Below are positions 53,286-62,767 of a DNA stretch of 64,000 nucleotides, in pieces. Position 1 is the stretch's first letter. Each line of letters starts with the position of its first letter. The position numbers and the translations under genes were made by a program. The stretch is from Gammaproteobacteria bacterium (GTDB lineage: Bacteria > Pseudomonadota > Gammaproteobacteria > Burkholderiales > JAHFRG01). Under the pieces are notes generated by a model, which was not told where the DNA came from, ran no database searches, and worked only from the letters and a program-made list of their open reading frames with translations. The stretch covers positions 64,429 through 128,428 of the forward strand of contig JBGQCF010000001.1 in assembly GCA_041495205.1 (NCBI GenBank), given 5' to 3'.

Positions 53286-54531
53286 TGACGCGAAGATAAG
53301 GAAGTGGCACCAGGAACTTACCGCCTGAGTTTAGAAATGCCTTGTGCCTCTCAAGGATACTTTTCTGGTGCTGCCATGCCAAAACGACCACATAGTCCGG
53401 GTGATCTTCATACATCTTCTCCGACGGGTAAACGGGAATATGATGGCCCGGCGAATAGCGACCGTGCTTCAGAGAGTTGTCGTCCACCAAATACTCCATG
53501 AATGGCGCCAGCTCGAAATGATGGGTCAGCGTCGTCGTACTGTGGGAGGCGCCGAATCCGACAATCCTCTTTCTGGCGTCTTTCAGGTTCCGAAGATTCT
53601 CAAGCACTTGCCCCTTCGCAATTTGTATATCCGAGGCGAACTTTTGGTATGTGGCCACCGCGCGCATCCCTTGGGCACGTTCTTCATCAATTAATTGATC
53701 CACTGACAAATCGCCGCTTCTAGACCCGTTTCGCAATTGACCGATAACGCGGATCGATCCACCTTTGGGTGATGTCTTTGTTGCTTGAATAAGCTCCAGT
53801 CCACATGACCCAAAAATATTCTTCAATACCTCGACTGTAAAATACGAAAAGTGCTCATGGTAGATATAGTCAAACATCCGGATCTTCATCTGTTCGGGGT
53901 GATACCCGGTCTGCACAACAAAGATTCCATCACGCGTCAAAAGTCTTGAAACGGACTTCGTGAAAGCCATGACATCATCTATATTTGCATACATGTAGTT
54001 TGCCGTAACAATGCCGGCTAATCCGCAGTCTTTCATTATTTTTGAAGCGACGTCGTCCGTAAAAAAACCATTTATTGTTGGCAATCCTGCTTCATTTGCC
54101 TGCTTGGCGATTGACTGAGCGGGCTCAACACCCAAAACTTTCATTCCAGTCCGCTTGAAAGACGCCAGCATGGAGCCGTCGTTGCTACCCAGGTCGACTA
54201 CAAGTGAGCCCTCCGGAATGTCGAAGTATCTAACGATCTCTTTCGCATAGTCATCATAGTGATTCCTTAACCCGACCGTGACCCCGCTTACGTAAACATA
54301 ATCAACGTAGCTTGCTTCGGGATTCACCACATAAGGTAGATGAACGTAACCACAATCCCGGCAGATCGCCAGCTCGAGCGGATAGACGGGCTGGGTTACA
54401 TCCTTGTGCTCCTCTCTTACAAACTGATCCTCCAGCGGTGTGGCGCTGAGGCGAAGAACAGTCTCTATGTGGCTACTCCCACACACCCGACAATGCTCGT
54501 CGTGCCGGAGAACTTTTTTACTCATATTCAA
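53260..54531 (-). CDS. Zn-ribbon SAM methyltransferase with C-methyltransferase-type C-terminal domain
   Basis: CRVCGS...ICRDCGYVHL ribbon, VVDLGSNDGSML motif I, and a C-terminal domain colinear with 17991..19307. Confidence 0.7.
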   Translation of the reverse strand: MNMSKKVLRHDEHCRVCGSSHIETVLRLSATPLEDQFVREEHKDVTQPVYPLELAICRDCGYVHLPYVVNPEASYVDYVYVSGVTVGLRNHYDDYAKEIVRYFDIPEGSLVVDLGSNDGSMLASFKRTGMKVLGVEPAQSIAKQANEAGLPTINGFFTDDVASKIMKDCGLAGIVTANYMYANIDDVMAFTKSVSRLLTRDGIFVVQTGYHPEQMKIRMFDYIYHEHFSYFTVEVLKNIFGSCGLELIQATKTSPKGGSIRVIGQLRNGSRSGDLSVDQLIDEERAQGMRAVATYQKFASDIQIAKGQVLENLRNLKDARKRIVGFGASHSTTTLTHHFELAPFMEYLVDDNSLKHGRYSPGHHIPVYPSEKMYEDHPDYVVVLAWQHQKSILERHKAFLNSGGKFLVPLPYLRVIDAQRNEK

Positions 54532-54540
54532 TAGATTTTT

Positions 54541-55056
54541 CTACTGAATCAGTGTTTCAATGCGTGCAACAAATGCCCTACGGCCGGCGCTTTGCTCCTC
54601 CGGCGCCCAATCCGGAAACACAGTTTTTTCTCGCAGAAACGGGCCTTCTGTAGTTTCATGGAATACAAGGAATTGTGATCGAACCAAAAGGGTGTGATAA
54701 ATCGGCTCGGACAGCCGGTAATAAAAGAGCTTGCCTGAGTTAAGGTCACCCATCCTGATGACCTGGCGGATGGTTCCGTCGTCATGGAACAACACCACAT
54801 CCACCTCGCCCTCCAGTATCGCCATTGATTCCGCTTTTCCCAAATGTTTGTGGGGACGAACATAACAATCCGAAGTATGCACAATGAACATTTCATGCAG
54901 CCGGTCACCCGGTGAGCGATGGGCACAGAGGCGGATTCTTTGGCGCGGATTGAGCAGCGCCAATCGCTTCAGCTGCGCCAGGTCCGCGGATTCAACGGTA
55001 ACGACTTCTTCCAGTGGGTAGAGGACTTCATCGCTTTCCTTATGGGTAGGGATCAT
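54541..55056 (-). CDS. Cupin-fold protein (WbuC-like)
   Basis: 171 aa. RLCAHRSPGDRLHEMFIVHTSDCYVRPHKHLGKAESMAILEGEVDVVLFHDDG shows cupin metal-site His residues and fits my recollection of the WbuC cupin family found in FucNAc-type O-antigen loci. Confidence 0.5.
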   Translation of the reverse strand: MIPTHKESDEVLYPLEEVVTVESADLAQLKRLALLNPRQRIRLCAHRSPGDRLHEMFIVHTSDCYVRPHKHLGKAESMAILEGEVDVVLFHDDGTIRQVIRMGDLNSGKLFYYRLSEPIYHTLLVRSQFLVFHETTEGPFLREKTVFPDWAPEEQSAGRRAFVARIETLIQ

Positions 55057-56273
55057 CGCATCCGATCCAAATCCTGTGCACTGCCCGGAAAAATGGATGC
55101 AAAGATGCCCCCTTGCTCGACAAAGCGCGGGTGATTGGCTATCACCTTGGGCTGATTTTGTGGATTAAGGCCCAGAAGGCAAGTGCTGATGTGTCCAGAG
55201 TAAAGCGCTTCGGAGCCTTTTATGTCGAGCGCTCCAATCGGCATTCGCATTCCTTTTTTATTGGCGTTATCGTCGAGCACGCAAGAGATCAGGTCGGTTA
55301 CCCCCATCAAAGAAAGAAAGGCAACCGAAAGGTGCCCTGCTCCAAACAAGGCAATTGGGCCGCGTTCCCGACGGATAGTTTCAAGTTTCTTGCGGATTCC
55401 CGCACGACGACGGACTAAAGTCTCGGCAAAACCACAGGCACGAGCCACTTCGTTTGCGACAACTTGGCGATCCGGATCGCTATTAACCGCAGCCAACGAA
55501 GCTTCCTGCACTATAGCAACGATCGAATTCTCCAAAACATAAGGCACGGATTCAAAATGAACAATCGCAAAACCAGATGCGTACAGTAACTGCTTGAACG
55601 TAAAACTCGTGAAATAGAAAACGTGCTCCTCCCAGATGGTTGTGCAATCGCCCGCATGCAATGCGCGCTCACAGTCAGGGAGTTCCCAGACTATATATCC
55701 TCCCGGTTTGATTAAATCTCTAATGAACTGAATGAACTCGGGCAGGTTGTAAGCATGCTCGACAACGTGGCGCACAATTAATACATCAGCAGCACCGCAA
55801 TGTTCTCGGATCTGCGCAGCTTTTGCCCGCGTCAACACTGATTGGAAAGTCTCAACATTTGCAAGGCTATCCGTGACGCCAAGATCCCGCTGGGGGTTGA
55901 TGCGCCAAGTCTTGCCATAGCCACGGTTTTCCAGTCGCCTTAGGGTCGAATCATCCTTGAAACTATAGGCGCCAAACACCGAGTTCCGGGTAACATCCGG
56001 AAGGGCGATTAGTGTTTCAACGAGATCATCAAGGTGATCCTCCGGTTCAAAGCAGGTCAACCACTCATAGCGTGGTTTTAATTCTTCGACGGGAAAGGTT
56101 TCACCCAGGTGAAGAAGCCCAGTGTCCGGGCAAAGGCGAAGTTGCAGAGGAAATCTTGGCGCTTCAGTCAGATCATCAACTGATAAAAAACGATTTGAAA
56201 TGGGCTGAAGCCCAAGATCGATTAGTAAATCTCCAGAAGACTCCAGGTGCTTGAGCTCTGAAATATTCATCAT
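55053..56273 (-). CDS. SAM methyltransferase, C-methyltransferase-type architecture, Zn-ribbon cysteines lost
   Basis: Colinear with 53260..54531 and 17991..19307 (LGLQPISNRFL, VRHVVEHAYNL, C-terminal GAGHLSVAFL), but the N-terminal CxxC pairs are absent. Confidence 0.6.
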   Translation of the reverse strand: MMNISELKHLESSGDLLIDLGLQPISNRFLSVDDLTEAPRFPLQLRLCPDTGLLHLGETFPVEELKPRYEWLTCFEPEDHLDDLVETLIALPDVTRNSVFGAYSFKDDSTLRRLENRGYGKTWRINPQRDLGVTDSLANVETFQSVLTRAKAAQIREHCGAADVLIVRHVVEHAYNLPEFIQFIRDLIKPGGYIVWELPDCERALHAGDCTTIWEEHVFYFTSFTFKQLLYASGFAIVHFESVPYVLENSIVAIVQEASLAAVNSDPDRQVVANEVARACGFAETLVRRRAGIRKKLETIRRERGPIALFGAGHLSVAFLSLMGVTDLISCVLDDNANKKGMRMPIGALDIKGSEALYSGHISTCLLGLNPQNQPKVIANHPRFVEQGGIFASIFPGSAQDLDRMR

Positions 56274-56282
56274 TAAGAGTGT

Positions 56283-57155
56283 TTAGCCATGATTGAGCAT
56301 TCGAGACAGGCCATCTTCCAGGGAGGTAAACTGAAAACCGGGGGTCAAAAGAGACTTGATCTTGCGGGCATCGAAGGCGTTGTCGGCTTTTTGCTTGCTC
56401 CGGGGGCGGGATTTGACCTCAAGGTTTGGAAATTTGGCCTTCAGAGTAACGACAACATCAGCAAAACAGTAACTCGTTCCACTTGCCACGTTCAATTCAC
56501 CTTCAAAATCGGTATCGATAAGTTCCTCAATCAAGCGGCAAATATCATCAATGTAGATAAACTCTCGCCGTTCCGTTCCATCTCCCCAAAGAGTAATGGG
56601 CGTACCTTCCAATGCCGCGGCAGCGAAACCGGAAGGTCCGTAGGTTTTGCCATTGTCGCCTGGCCCATAGACCAGCGGTGGGCGCAGGCAAACCAATGAG
56701 GTTAGTTGATTGGCGGCGCAGATTTTTCTTAAAAGGCGCTCCGCACTGTACTTGGCGATGCCGTAATAGGACGTTGGATTGATCGGCGTTTGCTCGCTGA
56801 TACAGGTGTTTTCCGTCTCTTCCCCATAAACGGCGGCTGAACTGAGGAAAATAAGGCGCCTGATCGGGTGATCCTCCAGCAAGTGGCAAATATTTTCCAC
56901 GATAGCCATGTTCTGCCGGAAAGCTTCCAAAGTGTCGCCGAACTGCCGTTTAACGGCAGCCATCAACACCAAGGCGCTCTCCTGAGTGAGATGGGGTACG
57001 AGTTGGGCCGCGCTGCTTGAGTTACCCAGATCGATATCCGGCAGGGATCGGCCTATTACTTCCCTGACTCCAGAGCGTGAAAGAAGTCGCTCCAGATGCG
57101 ACCCGATAAAGCCGGAGTGCCCCAGGATAATAACTCTTTCAACCTTTCGCATCAT
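56283..57155 (-). CDS. NAD-dependent epimerase/dehydratase (extended SDR)
   Basis: VIILGHSGFIGSHL and YGIAKYSAE (YxxxK). Confidence 0.75.
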   Translation of the reverse strand: MMRKVERVIILGHSGFIGSHLERLLSRSGVREVIGRSLPDIDLGNSSSAAQLVPHLTQESALVLMAAVKRQFGDTLEAFRQNMAIVENICHLLEDHPIRRLIFLSSAAVYGEETENTCISEQTPINPTSYYGIAKYSAERLLRKICAANQLTSLVCLRPPLVYGPGDNGKTYGPSGFAAAALEGTPITLWGDGTERREFIYIDDICRLIEELIDTDFEGELNVASGTSYCFADVVVTLKAKFPNLEVKSRPRSKQKADNAFDARKIKSLLTPGFQFTSLEDGLSRMLNHG

Positions 57156-57158
57156 GAA

Positions 57159-57866
57159 TCAGGACTTCACCTTGTTCCCGGTTCCCAACACAAAGAGATA
57201 CTGGCACATCGGTGCGAAGCCGGTATGCAAAACCTCATCGTTCATGCCAAAAAGGAACGCATGATCAAAATATTTTCCAATCAATTTCTTCAAATCCTGG
57301 CCATTCATGCAATTTACATGTCCTTCCTTACTTGGCGGCGAAGCATAAGCCTGCGACTCAAGGGATGGCGCACCACAGATGAACACTCCACCGGGCTTAA
57401 TGGAAAGACATATGTTTTTCAGGTAAGCCTCTTCGTGTTCTTTCGGTATATGTTCAATGACATCCAGAGAGAAGGCGGCATCGAACAAATCACCAGCGTG
57501 ATAGGGACCTGTCAGTATGTCATGGACGGCGAGCGTGACGGGCCACTCTCGGTCAATATGCTTACCTGCCTCTTCTATGAACACGGGATCGAAATCAATG
57601 GCATGGAGTTCATCAACCTCGGGGTGTAATAATCGACTGGCAAAAGCATCCCCACAACCCACTTCCAATACACGTGAATAGCCCGTCAGCATTTTTGCAA
57701 CAAATTTGTGGCGGGCAAGGGTAAATCCAAGCAGCTTGGGGTCCAGACGCCACATCACACTGGCCCTGAGACTCATTGGCGAGAGGCCCTTGGCCTTCAT
57801 CATCTCAATCATGAACTGATATTGGTATTCTCTTGTGTATTTTGTGCTCATTTTAAGTGTGTTCAA
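57159..57866 (-). CDS. Class I SAM-dependent methyltransferase
   Basis: VLEVGCGDAFASRLL motif I and FDAAFSLDVIEHI. Confidence 0.75.
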   Translation of the reverse strand: MNTLKMSTKYTREYQYQFMIEMMKAKGLSPMSLRASVMWRLDPKLLGFTLARHKFVAKMLTGYSRVLEVGCGDAFASRLLHPEVDELHAIDFDPVFIEEAGKHIDREWPVTLAVHDILTGPYHAGDLFDAAFSLDVIEHIPKEHEEAYLKNICLSIKPGGVFICGAPSLESQAYASPPSKEGHVNCMNGQDLKKLIGKYFDHAFLFGMNDEVLHTGFAPMCQYLFVLGTGNKVKS

Positions 57867-57878
57867 AAATTGATTTTT

Positions 57879-59411
57879 TCAGAGCAGCCCCTGATTCGCA
57901 TAATTCTGTATAAACGCTTTCCCCATCCTTCCCATGTCTCCGTATCCACTGTACTTCTTATAGAGATCGGTGATTGATCCCTGACGCTTCTCGTCCTCTT
58001 CCGAATACATTGCGTTACCATCCAAACGATCTAGCATCTCCGCAACGACGTCTCTTATGTCCTCTGGGGAGTTATCAATGATGTCTATCTTTTTCTGCTC
58101 ATATCCGTGAGAAGTAAACATACGCCCCAGATTAGTAGAAAGCACTTCATGAAAGGTTGCGTACCGGCGCTCCCCTCTCAGCCAAAGCAGCTTTGGAATG
58201 AAAAGACAGTTTCCGGCATGGGGACGACCGGACATCGGGACGAAATTAGTCATCACAACAGGCACGCCGAATAGAACGGGAGTTAGCACGGGGCCTGACG
58301 AAACTCCGACGAAACAACGGCATTGCGAGAACAGGAAAATATCCATCCTATTTGATCGAACATCGCTGAGAGCGTAGTCAAAAAACCCCGTCATCCCAGC
58401 GAATGGTTTCATCTTTGGGTCTCCCACTCGAATGACATAGCCACCGCGTTGGACTACCTCCTGAATGGCCAGCTTGTAACTCTCGATGTCCGCATTTCGA
58501 TATGAATCATATGCTTCGTCTGCAAGATAGGAACCCGTCTTATACCCCGCATCCCTGACATGAAGGCTTACGAACCACGCATCCCTTGGGATCCCAACCT
58601 TTTCCAGTTGTTCCCTTCCATATTCCTGATCGTCGGCATTTAACTGAAACAGGGGTTTGCGATTTTGTTTTTCCCATTCCTTTTGAACGACGCACTTCGC
58701 ATGTTCGATATAGATGGCTTTGCCCCGCAGGGTGGCGGACATACAGACATCTGATTCCAGATATTTTCTGAGCGGGGAAAGCTGCCGGATGACCTCTTCG
58801 TCATCAAACACGGTTATATATTGCTTCCAGTAATCAAGCATGACGGGGTTGAGGACCGGATCTCCCGGGTGAATTAATTGGATTAATTTGCGCTTAGGAA
58901 GCCACCCGAGAAGCATGGCCTTCACATGCGTGTCCAGGTAGGCATGAGCATTGTAATATTGGAAAATATCCTCATTAATGATCCGGAGTCCCAGAACATC
59001 GAGATGCTTCTGCCTGATAATACTGTCTTGGGTATTAATAAAATCCTGCATGACGTTCTGGAGATTATCGGTGTCCTGCAACATGAGATGCGAGGTGCAG
59101 ACCCTAACCCGCCACTTCAAAATGCACTCCGGATATGCTTCCCGATACCGCTGAAAGTAATACAAGAACAACCTGGAATACGTGATGAGGTCATGGCTGC
59201 GATGCCCGAAGATCAGGCTCAATATCTTTTCGTAACCCCAGCGCCTTTGGGGGACAGCGGAGACCACCGCTGCATAGAAATAATATTTTATCGGGAACGC
59301 AATGCGCTGACAGGCTGATCCGCACTTTGCAAAGATTGAACGGAGGACCTTTAAAGATTGCGCCGCTCGCGGAGGCAGTAACCGTACTATTTGAGCGCGG
59401 CTCAGGAACAT
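57879..59411 (-). CDS. Putative glycosyltransferase of an uncharacterised family (paralogue of 49114..50484)
   Basis: 510 aa. WFVSLHVRDAGY, YRNADIESY, RGGYVIRVGD and FVGVSSGP align with the 49114..50484 protein. Confidence 0.5.
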   Translation of the reverse strand: MFLSRAQIVRLLPPRAAQSLKVLRSIFAKCGSACQRIAFPIKYYFYAAVVSAVPQRRWGYEKILSLIFGHRSHDLITYSRLFLYYFQRYREAYPECILKWRVRVCTSHLMLQDTDNLQNVMQDFINTQDSIIRQKHLDVLGLRIINEDIFQYYNAHAYLDTHVKAMLLGWLPKRKLIQLIHPGDPVLNPVMLDYWKQYITVFDDEEVIRQLSPLRKYLESDVCMSATLRGKAIYIEHAKCVVQKEWEKQNRKPLFQLNADDQEYGREQLEKVGIPRDAWFVSLHVRDAGYKTGSYLADEAYDSYRNADIESYKLAIQEVVQRGGYVIRVGDPKMKPFAGMTGFFDYALSDVRSNRMDIFLFSQCRCFVGVSSGPVLTPVLFGVPVVMTNFVPMSGRPHAGNCLFIPKLLWLRGERRYATFHEVLSTNLGRMFTSHGYEQKKIDIIDNSPEDIRDVVAEMLDRLDGNAMYSEEDEKRQGSITDLYKKYSGYGDMGRMGKAFIQNYANQGLL

Positions 59412-59426
59412 ATTTCCCAGTAATAT

Positions 59427-59879
59427 CTAGCCACTGCTTGAGGAATTCGGCTTGCAGCCATGCGTGGAAATGAGAAACTTTTCAATCCTCACGAGATTCT
59501 CGATCAATCCCGGTACGACTGGAACTGTTTTTAAATCCTCGAGAGATAACCACCGCATAGCCTGTCCCTCACCAAGCACCAGCACCTCGTCGCCAACCTG
59601 GCAATGAACCGGAAAGACATGATTGTGTGCGGCACCAGCCCCACGCCACTCCCAACAAAATAGCTCATCTCTCACTTGACCCGGAACACATCCCAGTTCC
59701 TCACGAAGTTCACGCTCCAACGCGTTCCGCAGGTTTTCGCCCTGCTCGACAAGGCCGCCGAAAAAAGTCCAGAAACCGGGGAAGGGAAGTCCGGGGGCAT
59801 AATCTCGCTGCTGCAACAGTATCCGGCCGTCATTTCTGTAGATGAGCGCCTTCACCGCATGATTCACAGGCTCGGTCAA
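59427..59879 (-). CDS. NUDIX hydrolase
   Basis: Nudix box GGLVEQGENLRNALERELREELG (GX5EX7REUXEEXGU). Confidence 0.85.
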   Translation of the reverse strand: MTEPVNHAVKALIYRNDGRILLQQRDYAPGLPFPGFWTFFGGLVEQGENLRNALERELREELGCVPGQVRDELFCWEWRGAGAAHNHVFPVHCQVGDEVLVLGEGQAMRWLSLEDLKTVPVVPGLIENLVRIEKFLISTHGCKPNSSSSG

Positions 59880-59902
59880 AGGAGAGACCTCATCATCGAC
59901 GC

Positions 59903-61009
59903 TTAAGAGTGTTCAAGAAACACCGGCCCATTGGTGGACATGCTGATGCTTGAGCCGGAGACGAATTCTGTCAGCGCATATCGCAGATCCTCATCAATCT
60001 GCTGCTCCAGACGTGCGCTCATCCATTTGGCCAGTTCTGTCCGATAGGCGTGAACCGCAGGATCCATAATGCGGCACGCCTCAAGGCCAAGTAGCGGTGA
60101 GAGTCTTGCGTCATCGCACTTGCCTGCAGCGGCGATCGAGAGAAAGCTTTTCAGCATGGATTGCAGGGGGCCTGGTGCGCGATCCCATTCGGGATCGCCC
60201 GTCTTCTCATTGCCTTCGGAGCGAATGCAGCCAGGCTCAGAAGTAAAATCAAGCTCGCAGGAGCGTTCGGTTGTCTCAACCTGAATCATCCGGCAACGTT
60301 TCAGAGCATTGCGCTCGAGAACCGCCGCACAGGGGAATTCACCAGCCTGCAGGTCAAGCCTGACTCTTGCGCCGCCGCGCTCAATCGTGACGCCGTTAAA
60401 CCGGACGGGATCAACCGTGAGGGTGCGCAGGAGGGACAGGATATGCGGAAAGACGTCGTGAATGACTGATATTGAAGAATCGTAGTGCTTCTGCTCTCCG
60501 TGGCGAATTTCCGTTGCAGGATCAGTCCATGTGAAGTTGATTCTTTTGACCGAACCGGAGCGGGCAATATCGTCTGCAAAAACTTGAGCATACCGCGCGA
60601 AGCGAAACACATGCCCGGCGCACAGCGGCACACCGAGCTTTCCCGCCATATCGATCAGTAGACCCGCGTCCACCGCTGTAAGCGCGAATGGCTTTTCAAC
60701 CAGAGTCGGCGCTCCGGCAAGAAGCGCTGCTACCGTTGCCGGAAAGTGCGATCGCGCTGCATTCGCAACGATCACCGCCTCGGGCCTGCCGGCGTCGTCA
60801 TATCTCGGCCATTGATTGGCCACCTCGACACGGCCGACCCCGGTCTTTTGCGCCCAGTTTCGCAAGCCCTCGGCATTCCCCGGCGAGTGCATTGAGACGG
60901 CAACCTCGCCCGGCAACAACTCATTTAAAGCGACGGCGATTGTCCGCGCCCAACGGCCGCCGCCAAGTATCGCTATTTTCCGCTGTCCTCGCCGAAACCG
61001 TCCCATCAT
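59903..61009 (-). CDS. Gfo/Idh/MocA-like oxidoreductase
   Basis: KIAILGGGRWARTIAVAL Rossmann start, LVEKPFAL (EKP motif), and a C-terminal domain of appropriate length. Confidence 0.65.
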   Translation of the reverse strand: MMGRFRRGQRKIAILGGGRWARTIAVALNELLPGEVAVSMHSPGNAEGLRNWAQKTGVGRVEVANQWPRYDDAGRPEAVIVANAARSHFPATVAALLAGAPTLVEKPFALTAVDAGLLIDMAGKLGVPLCAGHVFRFARYAQVFADDIARSGSVKRINFTWTDPATEIRHGEQKHYDSSISVIHDVFPHILSLLRTLTVDPVRFNGVTIERGGARVRLDLQAGEFPCAAVLERNALKRCRMIQVETTERSCELDFTSEPGCIRSEGNEKTGDPEWDRAPGPLQSMLKSFLSIAAAGKCDDARLSPLLGLEACRIMDPAVHAYRTELAKWMSARLEQQIDEDLRYALTEFVSGSSISMSTNGPVFLEHS

Positions 61010-61737
61010 CGATCGGGTCGTTCTGCTTTACGACCCGCTACGACATACTGCGCGCCAACCGGTATGCGGGAAAGCGCGCGGTCAAGCGCTCGAAAGAACT
61101 TTTGAGCGAAAGGGGTAAACAGCGTGTAGCGTACTTGCGGCGCGGATAACCCCGCATCAATAAACAAGCGGCGGAGCCGCCAGGGTGGGAGAAGCATGGC
61201 GTTCTTGTCCAATTCGCATGTGCGCACCACCCACTGGGTCGCAGGATTAAAGGGGTTGTGTTCGATCACGACCAACTGCCCGCCCGGTCGAACGACCCTG
61301 GCCATTTCCCGCATGAATTCCGGCCATTGCTGTTTGGGAATATGATGCAACACGCAAATTGCGTACGCACAGTCAAAGACGTTGTCTTCGTGCGGCAACC
61401 GATTGCCTTCATAGGCTTTATAATTGACACCGGGATTTTCGCGCGTGGCCAAGGCCAGGGAATCCTGCGATACATCGATGCCATGAAGCTCGCCCACGGC
61501 TTTCGCGATCTCGCCATGGCCCAAACCAATGCCACAACCGACATCCAGCACCTTCAAACTTTTTAGCGGTCCTACTGAAATGAATGTATCGAGAAGCCGC
61601 TCGACCTTATCACGCACGAAGAACGCATGCTTTTGGCCAAAATATTTCGTCGATCTCTCGATCGCCGCCTGATATGTCCGTGCATACGAATCAAATTCCT
61701 TGCTCATGCCGGAACCTTCAATTACCCGTGCGTCCAT
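61006..61737 (-). CDS. Class I SAM-dependent methyltransferase (Methyltransf_11-like)
   Basis: VLDVGCGIGLG motif I, FDCAYAICVLHHI, and GGQLVVIEHNP. Confidence 0.8.
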   Translation of the reverse strand: MDARVIEGSGMSKEFDSYARTYQAAIERSTKYFGQKHAFFVRDKVERLLDTFISVGPLKSLKVLDVGCGIGLGHGEIAKAVGELHGIDVSQDSLALATRENPGVNYKAYEGNRLPHEDNVFDCAYAICVLHHIPKQQWPEFMREMARVVRPGGQLVVIEHNPFNPATQWVVRTCELDKNAMLLPPWRLRRLFIDAGLSAPQVRYTLFTPFAQKFFRALDRALSRIPVGAQYVVAGRKAERPDR

Positions 61738-61742
61738 ATGGC

Positions 61743-62765
61743 TCAGGCACTTTTATGCCCCCCGATGCCATTGGCATGATCACTCGGGACATTGACAGAA
61801 CGTTCGACAATCACCAGAGGGCGATTCTGCTGCTGAAGATACACTTGACCCAGGTATTTGCCGATGATGGCCAGAAACATCCCATTCAAACTGATACTCA
61901 AGAGTAAAAGCAGCACTATGGTGGCGAAGCCGCCCGGCCAGTCGCTCCCATAAAATATCGCTGCCGCAAAATAATACATCGCCAAACCAACGGTGATCGC
62001 TGAGATGATAAAACTAATGTAGCCTGCCAGCCTGAGCGGAAACAGCGTCATGAAAAAGATTCCATCGCTCGCGAGATTCACCAGTCTGCGCAAGGGAAAC
62101 TTGCTTCGCCCATGCCTGCGTTTGGCACGGTCATAGGGAATACCGGCTTCATTTATGGCGAATGCCGATGTCAATCCCCTGAGGTAAGGGTTGATGTCAT
62201 TCAGGGCCATCACTCTGTCCAGCACCGTGCGATCGATCAGCCGGAAGTCGCCTGCATCGCGGGTGATGCGATCCTCCGATATATGGTTGATAAATGCGTA
62301 GAATGCCCGCCGCCCCCAGGCCAGGAAATGATTTTCCTCGCGACAACGACGAATCCCGACCACGACATCGTGCCCACGTTTCCAAAGATCAAGAAATTCG
62401 AGGATGAGTCCCGGTGGATCCTGGAGGTCACAATCAATTTGCACGACCGCCTCGCCCTGCGCCAGGCGATAGCCCGCCATAAGTGAACGATGAAATCCGT
62501 AATTCCGATTGAACCGCAGCACCTTCACGCGTGGATCGCGCACAGCGATTTCTGTAAGTCGTACAAACGTCGAATCCTCACTATGGTTGTCTGTGAAAAT
62601 CATTTCGACATCGTATCGCGTATCCGACTTGAAGACTTCGCAGAGTGCGTCATAGGCGAGGCGTACATTCGTTTCTTCGTTATAGACAGGCACAACAATC
62701 GACACGAGACGGCGCTGTTGACCAGCTTTCCTTGCAACATCCGTGAGGTCGCTTTCGATGCCCAT
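61743..62765 (-). CDS. GT2 polyprenyl-phosphate glycosyltransferase (GtrB/ArnC/DPM1-like)
   Basis: VSIVVPVYNEETN, FTDNHSEDST and QIDCDLQDPP (DxD) are followed by two C-terminal TM helices (FFMTLFPLRLAGYISFIISAI; IVLLLLLSISLNGMFLAIIG), the GtrB/ArnC architecture. Confidence 0.8.
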   Translation of the reverse strand: MGIESDLTDVARKAGQQRRLVSIVVPVYNEETNVRLAYDALCEVFKSDTRYDVEMIFTDNHSEDSTFVRLTEIAVRDPRVKVLRFNRNYGFHRSLMAGYRLAQGEAVVQIDCDLQDPPGLILEFLDLWKRGHDVVVGIRRCREENHFLAWGRRAFYAFINHISEDRITRDAGDFRLIDRTVLDRVMALNDINPYLRGLTSAFAINEAGIPYDRAKRRHGRSKFPLRRLVNLASDGIFFMTLFPLRLAGYISFIISAITVGLAMYYFAAAIFYGSDWPGGFATIVLLLLLSISLNGMFLAIIGKYLGQVYLQQQNRPLVIVERSVNVPSDHANGIGGHKSA

Positions 62766-62767
62766 AC

